57,632 bases of DNA from a virus (lineage: Duplodnaviria > Caudoviricetes): the IMG/VR virus record IMGVR_UViG_3300012943_000037, positions 1 through 57,632 of that record, one strand, 5' to 3'. This document shows, one piece after another, positions 16,002-25,539 of the stretch (its first letter is position 1; each line of letters starts with the position of its first letter). The notes beneath the pieces were generated by a model that saw only the letters and a list, made by a program, of their open reading frames with translations, made no database searches and was not told where the DNA came from. The translations under genes and the position numbers were made by a program.

Positions 16002-16534
16002 GAAGAGTATTATTTTTAGATGTGGATGGTGTTTTAAATAGCCACATCATAGCAGAGGAATGGTCACAGAGACCGGGACATATTGGATATGGAGGTTGGT
16101 TTGACGAAACAGACACAGCTACTAAGGAGAATGTAAAGTGGGGACATATTAATGTAGAGAATCTACGTGAGATAGTCGAAACTACTAAGTGTGAGATTGT
16201 TATATCATCTGCTTGGAGGAAATCATTCTCTATGGAGAAGATGAAGGAAATGTTTGCTGTGTATGGTTGGGAAGATGTTCCCATTATTGATAAAACAAGT
16301 GTTCTAAAAGATAGAGGACTTGAGATTGATGCATGGTTAGCTGAAAATCCTGATGTAACTAATTATGTTATATTAGATGATATTGACCAGTTCACAGTAG
16401 AGCAGCAAAAGAACTTCATACATACAAACCCTGAGTGTGGTTTGTTACATGAAGATGTAAATAAGGCAATAGAAATTTTAACAGGTATATATGAAACAGA
16501 TAGAGTTGACAACAAAACCCCAGTACGATCCTGA
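15998..16534 (+). CDS. HAD-family phosphatase (Swiss-Army-knife RNA-repair-like HAD)
   Basis: LFLDVDGVLN, IVISSAWR, RGLEIDAWL and YVILDD motifs. Confidence 0.82.
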   Translation: MRRVLFLDVDGVLNSHIIAEEWSQRPGHIGYGGWFDETDTATKENVKWGHINVENLREIVETTKCEIVISSAWRKSFSMEKMKEMFAVYGWEDVPIIDKTSVLKDRGLEIDAWLAENPDVTNYVILDDIDQFTVEQQKNFIHTNPECGLLHEDVNKAIEILTGIYETDRVDNKTPVRS

Positions 16535-16661
16535 GGATGAGGAAGAAGATGATGAGTTAGAGTGGGGAGAAGATGAGGTAGTAAGGATAGAGAAAGAAGA
16601 AGAAAGAGAAGACAAATTTGAGGTTGATTTTCCTTACGTACCCGGAGACCCATTTTGGTAA
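16491..16661 (+). CDS. very acidic 56-aa protein (not in the ORF track)
   Basis: ATG 16491 to TAA 16661: MKQIELTTKPQYDPEDEEEDDELEWGEDEVVRIEKEEEREDKFEVDFPYVPGDPFW. Confidence 0.5.
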   Translation: MKQIELTTKPQYDPEDEEEDDELEWGEDEVVRIEKEEEREDKFEVDFPYVPGDPFW

Positions 16662-16686
16662 CCAATTTTTTAACCAATAAATCAGT

Positions 16687-17280
16687 ATGCAACCAATTTT
16701 AAAGCCTCTAAGACCCGGTGGGAAACCCAGTGCCGTCTTAGGGGCTTCTTCGTTACTGTGGCACAGGATCAGTGAATATCAAATAGATGATCCAACGTCA
16801 GCACAGAAATTTTCTGATAGGTTAGCTAAAGAGCAACTATGGAGTAAAGATTACACCTTACGTGCTATTGAGGAGTATAAGCGTTTTATGTTCCTTGCTG
16901 TAGTAAGTAATAATCCTGTTACTCCATCTATCGAGGTAGATGAGGTGTGGCATTTACACATGTTATATACCAAAGATTATCAGGAATTTTGTACAATTCT
17001 GGGTAAATTCATCCATCATGGCCCCGGCAGAGGTGGCAAGGAGGATGATAAATTCGTTGATTGGTACTCACGTACCAAACTAACTTACTTTGTATGGTTT
17101 TCTGAAGAACCACCTGAAGACATTTGGCCCCCTTCAGCAGTACGTTTCAGACATGTACACTTTGCAAAGATTGATTTACTTACACATTGGGTAGTTCCTT
17201 CAGGAGATTGGAGAGGATTACTACAGTGTATGGGCCAGTTCATCAAATGGAAAATTAAAACTTTATGGCAACGACTTTAG
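16687..17280 (+). CDS. Glycine-rich-domain-containing (GRDP/DUF1399-like) protein
   Basis: FSDRLAKEQLW, AIEEYKRFMFL, PSIEVDEVWHLHMLYT, FIHHGP and PPEDIWP motifs. Confidence 0.8.
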   Translation: MQPILKPLRPGGKPSAVLGASSLLWHRISEYQIDDPTSAQKFSDRLAKEQLWSKDYTLRAIEEYKRFMFLAVVSNNPVTPSIEVDEVWHLHMLYTKDYQEFCTILGKFIHHGPGRGGKEDDKFVDWYSRTKLTYFVWFSEEPPEDIWPPSAVRFRHVHFAKIDLLTHWVVPSGDWRGLLQCMGQFIKWKIKTLWQRL

Positions 17281-17729
17281 TAATTATTGCTGTAGTTGGA
17301 GTAATTGGCATCCTGATCTATGCTTACAGGAGTGCTAGGAGAAAAGAAAGGGAACAGGAACAACAGAAACAGGAAGAGTACAGATTCCTATCACAGTCAC
17401 GTACTGAAAGGTTGAAGGAAATCCGTAGAGAAATTGACAGGAGTAAATCAAGCAGGGACAAGGAAATAAGGAGAGATTCTAATACTTGTGGAGGCTATCA
17501 TTCATCTAATAATGATCCTACATCACCACTATCTCCAACTCATCCAGCTTACATTCCTTTTGCAATTTGTGGTAGTGATCCTTCACCATCACATGATTCA
17601 TCTCCGTCCTGTTCTTCACATCACTCATGTTCCTCATCACCATCCTGTAGTTCAGCACCATCTTGTGGATCATCTTCTTCATGTGGATCATCCTGTGGTA
17701 GTAGCTGTGGAGGAGGTGGAGGAGATTAA
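17265..17729 (+). CDS. Membrane-anchored protein with Ser/Cys/Gly-rich tail
   Basis: N-terminal TM helix; C-terminal SCSSHHSCSSSPSCSSAPSCGSSSSCGSSCGSSCGGGGGD. Confidence 0.7.
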   Translation: MATTLVIIAVVGVIGILIYAYRSARRKEREQEQQKQEEYRFLSQSRTERLKEIRREIDRSKSSRDKEIRRDSNTCGGYHSSNNDPTSPLSPTHPAYIPFAICGSDPSPSHDSSPSCSSHHSCSSSPSCSSAPSCGSSSSCGSSCGSSCGGGGGD

Positions 17730-17869
17730 AACTAATTTATGGACATCTTATTTAAACTTCTTCTTGGACTGATTATCATCATGTTAGCTTATGACTTAAT
17801 CAATGGAGATGACGATGATACTCCTACAGGTGATGTCAAAGGTAGTGGTGGTTATGAAATGAAATAACT

Positions 17870-18391
17870 ATGGAAAAATCTATGATCTGTCTGACTAATC
17901 CTAAATATCCACACAATGTGGGAGCAGCTATACGTGCTTGTTCCTGTTGGGGTGTAGATAAGCTTGTATGGTCAGGAAACAGAGTTCCCCATCCTGAAGA
18001 ATGGAAAGATGATGAGGAACTTGGGCAATACAGAATGCCTAGAGAAGAAAGAATGAAGGGTTATAAGAGTGTTGAGTTAATAAGGACTGACAAATTCAAA
18101 GACTTGATTGTGCAGGGAATAACTCCTGTAGCAATTGAGGTAATGGAGGAGGCAGAATGCTTATTTGACTTTGAACATCCAGAAAATGCAATGTATATCT
18201 TCGGCCCTGAAGATGGAGGTTTAACATCCACTATTCTCCAACATTGTCACAGATTTGTCACAATTCCTACAAAGCACTGTCTCAACCTATCATGTGCTAT
18301 TAATGTAGTTATGGCACATCGTGCTCAACAAATCTATCAGAAAACAGGAAGTCGTTTATCTTTGGTTGAGGATAGAGGCTTCATAAACTAA
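17870..18391 (+). CDS. SpoU/TrmH-family (SPOUT) RNA methyltransferase
   Basis: PHNVGAAIRAC, YIFGPEDGGL and IPTKHCLNLS motifs. Confidence 0.85.
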   Translation: MEKSMICLTNPKYPHNVGAAIRACSCWGVDKLVWSGNRVPHPEEWKDDEELGQYRMPREERMKGYKSVELIRTDKFKDLIVQGITPVAIEVMEEAECLFDFEHPENAMYIFGPEDGGLTSTILQHCHRFVTIPTKHCLNLSCAINVVMAHRAQQIYQKTGSRLSLVEDRGFIN

Positions 18392-18396
18392 AAGAC

Positions 18397-18642
18397 ATGG
18401 GATTTTTTAGCAGCAAACCCAAACAGACTGATGTAGAGTTACTTCAGGAAAGATCACGTAACGTACTCGGTGTGTTCACCAAAACGATGGAAGACTTGAA
18501 GACAGTAAATGCTGAAATTGAGACTGCCAAAACTGAGAAAAATCAGTTAATTAACCAATTAACTATTGAAACTCAGGCATTGGAAACAACAATGGCAAAG
18601 AATAGCTTAGTCATTGACAAAATTCAAAAAATACTGGAATGA
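18397..18642 (+). CDS. coiled-coil hypothetical protein
   Basis: ORF track. Confidence 0.6.
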   Translation: MGFFSSKPKQTDVELLQERSRNVLGVFTKTMEDLKTVNAEIETAKTEKNQLINQLTIETQALETTMAKNSLVIDKIQKILE

Positions 18643-18977
18643 GAGTTTTCGAAACCAAACAAGAGATTATAGAACATTGTGCCTCAACCAATACTGAAGA
18701 GTTTAATTTTAATAAGACCATAGAGGAAATAGCTGAATTTCAAGAGGTTATGACAAAATTAAAGACCAAACATCCTACCAATAGCTCTAAACCTAAGAAG
18801 GAAGAGCTAGTTAAGGAATTTGGTGACCTCATATATCGAGGAATAGTCTACCTGAAACAGCAGTTTCCTGAAATGAGCTTAATGGAGTTAATTGAAAAGG
18901 TTGAAGCTAGGATAGAGAAAAAACTATCCCACCTTGAAGAATGGAAGAAGGCTGACTTATATAAGTCTGGTCTTTAA
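18639..18977 (+). CDS. MazG-like nucleotide pyrophosphohydrolase
   Basis: IEEIAEF...KEFGDL pattern. Confidence 0.6.
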   Translation: MRVFETKQEIIEHCASTNTEEFNFNKTIEEIAEFQEVMTKLKTKHPTNSSKPKKEELVKEFGDLIYRGIVYLKQQFPEMSLMELIEKVEARIEKKLSHLEEWKKADLYKSGL

Positions 18978-19044
18978 GCCCGTTTTTAATCCAATACTTA
19001 TTTAATCCGTACCCAACTTATTAAAAATTGTAAAATCAAACAAA

Positions 19045-19686
19045 ATGTCAGAACAAGCACAACAGGCTAAACAGAAGGCCAAAGGAACCAAAGTAACAGA
19101 ATTAATCATTGGAGCAGCTTCAAACAAAATGGTATCTGCCACTAAAGCATTGAATGATGCTGTGGCAAGTGCTGTGAAGTTAACAGAAACACTGGATGAA
19201 AATGCCCTGAAGATTGCAGATCAGGAAGAAAAGTTGCAAAACTTACAGCAAGAGTTCAACAACAAGAAAACACAGAACAAAATTGATCTGGATTTGGCTT
19301 ACAAAGCTGACCAAAAAGAATTTGCTGATAAATACTTGACTACCAACAGTTTAGTAGCTGTTGACAGAAAAGAGTATGAAGAATTACAGCAGGAAATTGC
19401 AGAATGGGAAGAAAAATTCCAGGAAAAAGTAAATGCCGAGGTTGGTAAGGCAAATGGTATTGCTGCAAGCAGAATAGAACAAGAAAAGAAACTTGTTGAA
19501 GCACAGTATCAGGCTAAAGAAGCACAGAATTTGGCTAAAATCCAAAATCTGGAAGCACAATTGGCTTTTGTTACTCAACAAGCTAAGACATGGGAATCTC
19601 AACTGAACTCTGAAAGAGAAGCTTCTATTGAAAGAAGTAAAAATCAGTCAGCAGTAGTTAATGTTGCCGGTCAAAACGGAAGATAA
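19045..19686 (+). CDS. long coiled-coil protein
   Basis: Q/E/K/A-rich heptads. Confidence 0.65.
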   Translation: MSEQAQQAKQKAKGTKVTELIIGAASNKMVSATKALNDAVASAVKLTETLDENALKIADQEEKLQNLQQEFNNKKTQNKIDLDLAYKADQKEFADKYLTTNSLVAVDRKEYEELQQEIAEWEEKFQEKVNAEVGKANGIAASRIEQEKKLVEAQYQAKEAQNLAKIQNLEAQLAFVTQQAKTWESQLNSEREASIERSKNQSAVVNVAGQNGR

Positions 19687-19693
19687 AAAACTT

Positions 19694-19712
19694 AAGGGGT
19701 GAAATGCCCCTT
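19694..19712 (+). terminator. Hairpin or weak terminator upstream of tRNA
   Basis: AAGGGGT-GAAAT-GCCCCTT. Confidence 0.4.
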
Positions 19713-19716
19713 CACA

Positions 19717-19799
19717 TGCAGGGTTAAGGAGAGGTCAACCTTGGAAGGCTCATAACCTTCTGTCTTAGGACACGTCCAGTTCGATTCTGGCCCCTGCTT
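19717..19799 (+). tRNA. tRNA with CAT anticodon (Met-like), long variable arm, unpaired 1:72
   Basis: TGCAGGG/CCCTGCT, AAGG/CCTT D stem, GAAGG-CTCATAA-CCTTC, TGTC-TTAG-GACA, CCAG-TTCGATT-CTGG. Confidence 0.8.
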
Positions 19800-19814
19800 C
19801 TAAAATTTAATAAT

Positions 19815-20027
19815 ATGGCAAGAGAATATAATGGAGAAGATGTAACTGATGAATCATTCTTTGGTGATCTATTTACCATAGAGGAATGGAATGAGGCTAT
19901 TGAAACCGGATGGATTACTAACTGGGATGGCTCAGGATACTGGGTAAAAGATGGTAAAGAAAGTGATGATGAGGTATTTAGTACACCTCAGGAGGATGCT
20001 ACCCATATTGCTTGGTATAATAAGTAA
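19815..20027 (+). CDS. small acidic hypothetical protein
   Basis: ORF track; DGSGY...THIAWYNK. Confidence 0.6.
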   Translation: MAREYNGEDVTDESFFGDLFTIEEWNEAIETGWITNWDGSGYWVKDGKESDDEVFSTPQEDATHIAWYNK

Positions 20028-20045
20028 ACAATTAAAACTAATATT

Positions 20046-20267
20046 ATGTTCAACGTATTTAAAAAGAAATCGACAATCTTCTGGATGACCTATGAGACAC
20101 ATAGAAACAAAGGTGACAGGAGAGAAATCTTCGAGGGAAAAAAGACTCTCCGAGACTTACACAACTGGGTTGAGGATCAACGTAATACGATCATGAAATC
20201 ACATAATGTTTGGCAAGACAACAACATTATGGTTACTAACATCGGAATGATAAAGGAAAATTACTAA
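20046..20267 (+). CDS. hypothetical protein
   Basis: ORF track. Confidence 0.55.
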   Translation: MFNVFKKKSTIFWMTYETHRNKGDRREIFEGKKTLRDLHNWVEDQRNTIMKSHNVWQDNNIMVTNIGMIKENY

Positions 20268-20269
20268 CT

Positions 20270-20476
20270 ATGGATGTTATTGTTAACAAATACCGGGTTC
20301 ATATGTCTGAAAATGATGGCACTTTAAGAAAATCAAAGACTGTTATAGCTTCAACTGAACAAGAGGCCATTGAAAAAGTAAGACATGATGAATGGTGGTA
20401 TGATGAAGGAAGAGGATATGACCACAAGTCTCTTAAGTGGCCTTTAACATTTAAAGCTGAGTTATGGAACAAATGA
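20270..20476 (+). CDS. hypothetical protein
   Basis: ORF track. Confidence 0.55.
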   Translation: MDVIVNKYRVHMSENDGTLRKSKTVIASTEQEAIEKVRHDEWWYDEGRGYDHKSLKWPLTFKAELWNK

Positions 20477-21078
20477 CAAATTTGGAATGGATAGCAGCAG
20501 GTAATACCGGCTGTACATTTGCAACATTGTTTGCAAAGAAACCTGAACAGGTTGGGTGGCAACATCTTACTCATAATCAGTTTGAGAACTGGAGAGTTTC
20601 CTATGCTGATGCTTTAGTAATGTCTATAGAGTTTCCCTCTGACTGGAGAGCTAAAGATGTAAGAAAATGGGCTCTTGAACATGAGGAGGATAAACAACCA
20701 GTATTTTATGAAGAAGAGGTCAATGATGAATGTTTGGGTCTTCGTATAAGAATGTATAATCCCCGTGGATCAAGTGACAACAAAGAATCTGCTCCAGCAT
20801 GGATTCAATACTTTGGGCCTGATAGTCATGCTGAGACACGTAAGACTCCTACTCCAATGCTTATGTTTACAAGGAAGGTAAATCCTGCGGGTTTCTTCAA
20901 ACAGGTAGGATGGAGTGGTGTATTACATCTGGCACATGCATTTGCATCCCATATTACTGACAAAATGGCTGATACTTTATGGAAAAGAAGCTATGAACAG
21001 ACTAAGAAAAAGTTGGGACATTCTCCAACAGATCATGAAGCTGCCAAGGTGACTTGGCTTAAAAAAGATTTACTATGA
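20464..21078 (+). CDS. hypothetical protein
   Basis: 204-aa ORF; GNTGCTFA motif. Confidence 0.6.
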   Translation: MEQMTNLEWIAAGNTGCTFATLFAKKPEQVGWQHLTHNQFENWRVSYADALVMSIEFPSDWRAKDVRKWALEHEEDKQPVFYEEEVNDECLGLRIRMYNPRGSSDNKESAPAWIQYFGPDSHAETRKTPTPMLMFTRKVNPAGFFKQVGWSGVLHLAHAFASHITDKMADTLWKRSYEQTKKKLGHSPTDHEAAKVTWLKKDLL

Positions 21079-21344
21079 GTAATGTAGTTGATTCCATCCA
21101 GACAGTTGCCAATGCAACTTCAAGCCTGACAAATCTTATTAATAAAGGTTTCAGGATAAAGATGTTTTTCATCGTAGGAATTTGTACCTTTGTACTGGGA
21201 CTAGGTTTAGGACTAACTGTAGGTGTCTACTATGGTTACAGAAAGTGGACAAGGAAGGTTGATGTTCTTATCGAACAGTCCAAACATTACTATAATAAAG
21301 ATGTGGTTGATAAAGTGAAGGATAGGATAAAAAGTAAGTTATGA
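21075..21344 (+). CDS. single-pass membrane protein
   Basis: Central hydrophobic helix. Confidence 0.6.
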   Translation: MSNVVDSIQTVANATSSLTNLINKGFRIKMFFIVGICTFVLGLGLGLTVGVYYGYRKWTRKVDVLIEQSKHYYNKDVVDKVKDRIKSKL

Positions 21345-22078
21345 CGTACAAAATCTACATTGAAGCATTAAATAATTTCCCTGTAGGGGATCATGGTGTT
21401 TCTGCATACCTTGGCTTTAAGGATAGAGGTACTGATATAATATTCTTTGAGGATATTGAGGATGTACCTACATCTAAGTGGAATATAATTGTAGCTGGTA
21501 TAGAAACAACAAATAAGTATCTTGAAAGGTTGGGAATAGGCCCAAAAATGTCATTGAATATACCTTCCTGTATTGAGAAATATGCAGATAGGAAAATTAT
21601 GCGTATGACTATGGGTGAATTTCGTAATCAATTAGATACACCATATTCTTATCCCTATTTCATCAAGCCGAATGGGAAAAGTAAGGAGTTCATTGGGGGT
21701 GTGATTAAGAGTGAGGAAGCTTTAGCTTTACACTTTAGAAATATCCCTGATGAATGTCCTATCTTGGTATCAGAAGTTGTTGATTTTATAACTGAATACA
21801 GATGTTATGTTTGTGAGGGTGAATTACTGGGTATCTACTGGTATTTAGGTGATTTCAGAGTATTTCCTGACGTTAAGGTAATAGATGAAGCTATTGCAGA
21901 ATACACAAAAGCAGGTGCTCCTGCTGGTTATTCCATAGATTTTGGGGTAACAAATGATGGCAGAACACTCTTAGTTGAGTGTAATGATGGTTGGTCTTTG
22001 GGCAATTATGGACTTGAACCATCCAAGTATTGTCGTCTACTTGGTAGAAGATGGCATGAAATGATGAAACCGTTTTAA
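21341..22078 (+). CDS. ATP-grasp domain protein (DUF4343/R2K-like)
   Basis: YFIKP, KEFIG, EYRCYV, YSIDFGV and LVECNDGWSLGNYG motifs. Confidence 0.82.
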   Translation: MTYKIYIEALNNFPVGDHGVSAYLGFKDRGTDIIFFEDIEDVPTSKWNIIVAGIETTNKYLERLGIGPKMSLNIPSCIEKYADRKIMRMTMGEFRNQLDTPYSYPYFIKPNGKSKEFIGGVIKSEEALALHFRNIPDECPILVSEVVDFITEYRCYVCEGELLGIYWYLGDFRVFPDVKVIDEAIAEYTKAGAPAGYSIDFGVTNDGRTLLVECNDGWSLGNYGLEPSKYCRLLGRRWHEMMKPF

Positions 22079-22079
22079 G

Positions 22080-22859
22080 ATGACATATTTAATGCTTGAG
22101 GATAGAAGGGAGAGAACTCCCGAAGTAATAGCTAACTATATATACCCCGTAGAGTTACGTGCTATGTATAGAAAAGAACAATGGCAAATTGTCAGGAGCT
22201 ATGATGAGTTTGTGGAATGGATTTTGAAGTATGGTTTACCTGATGTCATATCTTTTGACCATGATTTAGCTGATGAACATTATGCATTTGCAGGAAATTA
22301 CAATGTCTTCAGGTATGAGACTGGTTATGATGCAGCTAAATGGTTGTGTAAGTACTGTAAAGATAATAACAAACCACTACCACAATGCTATGTTCATAGT
22401 ATGAATCCTGTAGGTGCAGATAACATTCGTCACTATCTTGAAAACTTCAAAAAAGAAACAATGAGGAAGAATATTGAGATGAAATCACACGGATTAAAAT
22501 GTGACAATCCTAAATGTGACTGGAAAAGTGAAGATATTAAAGTGGAGGACGCTGAAAAATACCTAAACACACCATGTCCTAAATGTGGAGAAAACATATT
22601 AACTGAAGAAGATTTTAAAAACCTACAGGCAGTTATAAAGACAGCCGATTTTATTAATTCTTTATCACCAGAAGAGATAGATGAATTTGCTAAAATCACT
22701 GGTTTCCCTATAACAACAGAAGGTAAAGGTGGTGGATTATTCAGTATGAGTGTTGAAACACACAAGGAAATTAAAATATCAGAAATCAAAAAGGTTGAAG
22801 ATGAAGATACTGGTGATAGGTCAAGCACCCCCGGCACAGGAACAGGAACTACCATATGA
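22080..22859 (+). CDS. Cyclic-phosphate-processing receiver-like domain, in frame with a Zn-ribbon domain
   Basis: VRSYDEF, ISFDHDL, TGYD, VHSMNPVGA; C-terminal CDNPKC...CPKCG. Confidence 0.72.
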   Translation: MTYLMLEDRRERTPEVIANYIYPVELRAMYRKEQWQIVRSYDEFVEWILKYGLPDVISFDHDLADEHYAFAGNYNVFRYETGYDAAKWLCKYCKDNNKPLPQCYVHSMNPVGADNIRHYLENFKKETMRKNIEMKSHGLKCDNPKCDWKSEDIKVEDAEKYLNTPCPKCGENILTEEDFKNLQAVIKTADFINSLSPEEIDEFAKITGFPITTEGKGGGLFSMSVETHKEIKISEIKKVEDEDTGDRSSTPGTGTGTTI

Positions 22860-23226
22860 TACAACCATGATGTATGAGTGGTTGAATGAGATTGGCATTG
22901 ATGAGAAACAGGCTCAAGACATGTTTGAGTGGGAAGCATTGTATGATAAATTTCCGGGATATAACTGGAAAGGAGATCATAATGTTCCTAGTAAGAGACA
23001 ATGTGATGAGTACTGGGAAAAAGCACTCAAAGATAAGGTTAAGAATGCAGACAAAGTATGGTTGCTAGGTAAGGCTGCCCATGATTACTTCTTTTCAAAG
23101 AATGAGCAGTGGTCAGATAAGATGGAAGTTCTTGCAACAATACATCCATCAACCAGAAATAGGGCTCTCTACAGAAAAGACAAAGAGAGATTCCTTGAGT
23201 ATTTAAAAAACTTTATAAACAGTTGA
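22801..23226 (+). CDS. Uracil-DNA-glycosylase-superfamily protein (short UDG-like)
   Basis: ILVIGQAP, LLGK-x-A and HPS-x-RN motifs; in-frame ATG at 22801. Confidence 0.7.
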   Translation: MKILVIGQAPPAQEQELPYDTTMMYEWLNEIGIDEKQAQDMFEWEALYDKFPGYNWKGDHNVPSKRQCDEYWEKALKDKVKNADKVWLLGKAAHDYFFSKNEQWSDKMEVLATIHPSTRNRALYRKDKERFLEYLKNFINS

Positions 23227-23227
23227 C

Positions 23228-23644
23228 ATGCAAGTAATTATCAGGAGTAAGAGAGATGGGGTAACCATAAGGTACACTGTAGAGGATGATCCTACTCCGG
23301 GTACATTAGGTAGCCATCAACTGTTACTTGAAGCATATCGTCTACTGGAGAAGTCACTGCATTTTGAACAACTATTGTTCAATACATACTTTCTTCGTAA
23401 GATGAAAAGTAAACATAAAAAACTGCATTGTGTTTACTGTGGTAGAAAAAACTTACGTATCTACCATTGGAAAGAGTTTGCAGGAAAGAAAGATAATATG
23501 GCAACAGCAGATCATTTTATACCTAAATCCTTGAATCCCAAGGAATTTGCTATGAATGAAGATAATCTGAGGGTTGCTTGTCACAGGTGCAACAATAAGA
23601 AGGCAAATTATTACTGGGATGAAAAATTCCCATACCCTAAATGA
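23228..23644 (+). CDS. HNH endonuclease
   Basis: CVYCG, TADHFIPKS and NLRVACHRCNNKK motifs. Confidence 0.85.
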   Translation: MQVIIRSKRDGVTIRYTVEDDPTPGTLGSHQLLLEAYRLLEKSLHFEQLLFNTYFLRKMKSKHKKLHCVYCGRKNLRIYHWKEFAGKKDNMATADHFIPKSLNPKEFAMNEDNLRVACHRCNNKKANYYWDEKFPYPK

Positions 23645-23651
23645 AAACAAA

Positions 23652-23843
23652 ATGAAGAGGAAAGTTGTTAGTGTCTATGAAGTTACAGACTACAAGACAG
23701 GAAAAAGAGAAAGAGTATTTATTAATGCACAGGGACAGGAAGGTGCTAAGTTCATAGCATCTCAATATCCACGTTTTACCAAATTTGTTTTGGAAGGATT
23801 CGAAATTGATGGTAACTTTGTTGAATTAAAAACCAAAAGATGA
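23652..23843 (+). CDS. small hypothetical protein
   Basis: In-frame ATG within ORF 23574..23843. Confidence 0.5.
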   Translation: MKRKVVSVYEVTDYKTGKRERVFINAQGQEGAKFIASQYPRFTKFVLEGFEIDGNFVELKTKR

Positions 23844-24454
23844 TTTCACTGGATGTATATAAGAAAGTATTAGATAATGGATTGTTACTAGATCATTATA
23901 TGGTACTGTGCAATCTCAGAGATGGTGTAGAATTACCCAAAAGCAGGAGAATTGATGGTTTCATTAATCTTCTGAATAAGAAGGGATACATCGAGGATGG
24001 AGCTTTGACACAGAAGGCATTTGAGATTATTGATTTACATCCCGTTATAATCCTTAATAAAGGAGAAGTCGAGACACCTAAGTTTGACTTTGGTGGATGG
24101 GCCAGTCAATTACATGAAAAATGTAAACAGAAGATTATAGAACTGACTGGTAAACAACAGATTATATCTAAGATCAAGTCTACTGACAAAAAAGGATACC
24201 GTTTTATTGATGGTGTTAGTGATTTCTCTACACGTTTGTTTACGTGTATTCAGAAATATAAATTGAAGGATATGGATATGATTGAGAAGGTAATTCTTAA
24301 TCACATCGATACATGTCACTCAACTAATAACTGGTTTCCACTTATGAAATATTATATACATAAGCTAGGAGAGGGAAGTCCTATGGTGACAGATATTGAG
24401 AATGGAATTGAAACTGCTAGTGCAGCAGGGAAAAGTGCACAGAAGTTTGTTTAA
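23840..24454 (+). CDS. hypothetical replication-associated protein (possible winged helix)
   Basis: Coupled directly to the helicase gene; LLNKKGYIE. Confidence 0.55.
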   Translation: MISLDVYKKVLDNGLLLDHYMVLCNLRDGVELPKSRRIDGFINLLNKKGYIEDGALTQKAFEIIDLHPVIILNKGEVETPKFDFGGWASQLHEKCKQKIIELTGKQQIISKIKSTDKKGYRFIDGVSDFSTRLFTCIQKYKLKDMDMIEKVILNHIDTCHSTNNWFPLMKYYIHKLGEGSPMVTDIENGIETASAAGKSAQKFV

Positions 24455-25401
24455 TGGCAAGGTTTAGAAGTATGAAGGAGGTCATTGATGAGACCTTAGA
24501 GTATATTGTAGCCAGAAAAGAAGGAAGAATAAAATCACTTCGTACAGGTTATAAGAAGCTTGATAGGTCTATGATTGATGGCATTGAGTGGAATAGTACC
24601 CTAACCATAGGTGGTAGACCATCTGTGGGTAAATCTGCATACTCCGACTGTATTGTTGAGGGGTGCTTTGCCAATAATTTAGGGGAGGATGGTTATCCAG
24701 ATTTTGAAGTACTGGACTTTAACTGGGAGTTATCTGCACGTGTAATGTTATTACGTAGGCTGTCAGCAGCATTAAAGAAAACATACAAGGAGATTATCTC
24801 AGCAGGTGGGGAACAGTTAAGTGATGAGGATATGCAAAATATCATAGATGTTCTGATGGAAAAGTATGGACATTTACCAGTTACGTTCTGTGAAGAACCT
24901 TTGACTGTTAGAGAGTTTGTTGATACTGTTAGAAGATTCCGTGATGGAGTTGCTAAAAGGGGTAAGAAAGGATTGTTGGTTAGAGTTGACCACACTTTAC
25001 TTACCAGAATGTCTGCGTCTGAGGGAAGTCAGGTACAAATGCTTTTGAATCTATTGATGGAGAGTAACTCTGTTAAGAAAGAGGAGTTTCCCATCATATT
25101 CATGTTTCTTACTCAAATCAACAGAGAAATTGAGGAGAGACAGGAAGATGGTACTGATAGATCATTCCCAAGACAAGGAGATGTATATGGAGGTGATGCC
25201 TCAGCTATGTTTAGTGAGACAATTCTACTACTAAATAAACCATCAAAATATGGTATAAATTTCTATGGAAACAGAGGGACTGGCATGGTTGTTGAACCCA
25301 ATGATCTGTTTGCCCACATGGTTAAAAATAGAAATGCTGAGGGTGATCTAATATTACATTATAAAGAGAATTTTAAACACATGTCAATTAAGGAGGTGTA
25401 A
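24454..25401 (+). CDS. dnaB: DnaB-like replicative helicase (C-terminal ATPase domain)
   Basis: TGYKKLD, GGRPSVGKS, WELS, VDH, LTQINR and KNRN motifs. Confidence 0.88.
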   Translation: MARFRSMKEVIDETLEYIVARKEGRIKSLRTGYKKLDRSMIDGIEWNSTLTIGGRPSVGKSAYSDCIVEGCFANNLGEDGYPDFEVLDFNWELSARVMLLRRLSAALKKTYKEIISAGGEQLSDEDMQNIIDVLMEKYGHLPVTFCEEPLTVREFVDTVRRFRDGVAKRGKKGLLVRVDHTLLTRMSASEGSQVQMLLNLLMESNSVKKEEFPIIFMFLTQINREIEERQEDGTDRSFPRQGDVYGGDASAMFSETILLLNKPSKYGINFYGNRGTGMVVEPNDLFAHMVKNRNAEGDLILHYKENFKHMSIKEV

Positions 25402-25539
25402 CATGATGGATGATGCAGTTGAGGTTTTTGCTGAGATAGTCTCAGAAGGTCTGACTACTGAAAACAAAGGCTGTATCAGATTTGTCATTGCTGTAGTAGT
25501 GGCAGTTATACTGGGCCTATTGATTTACAAGTTAGTTTG

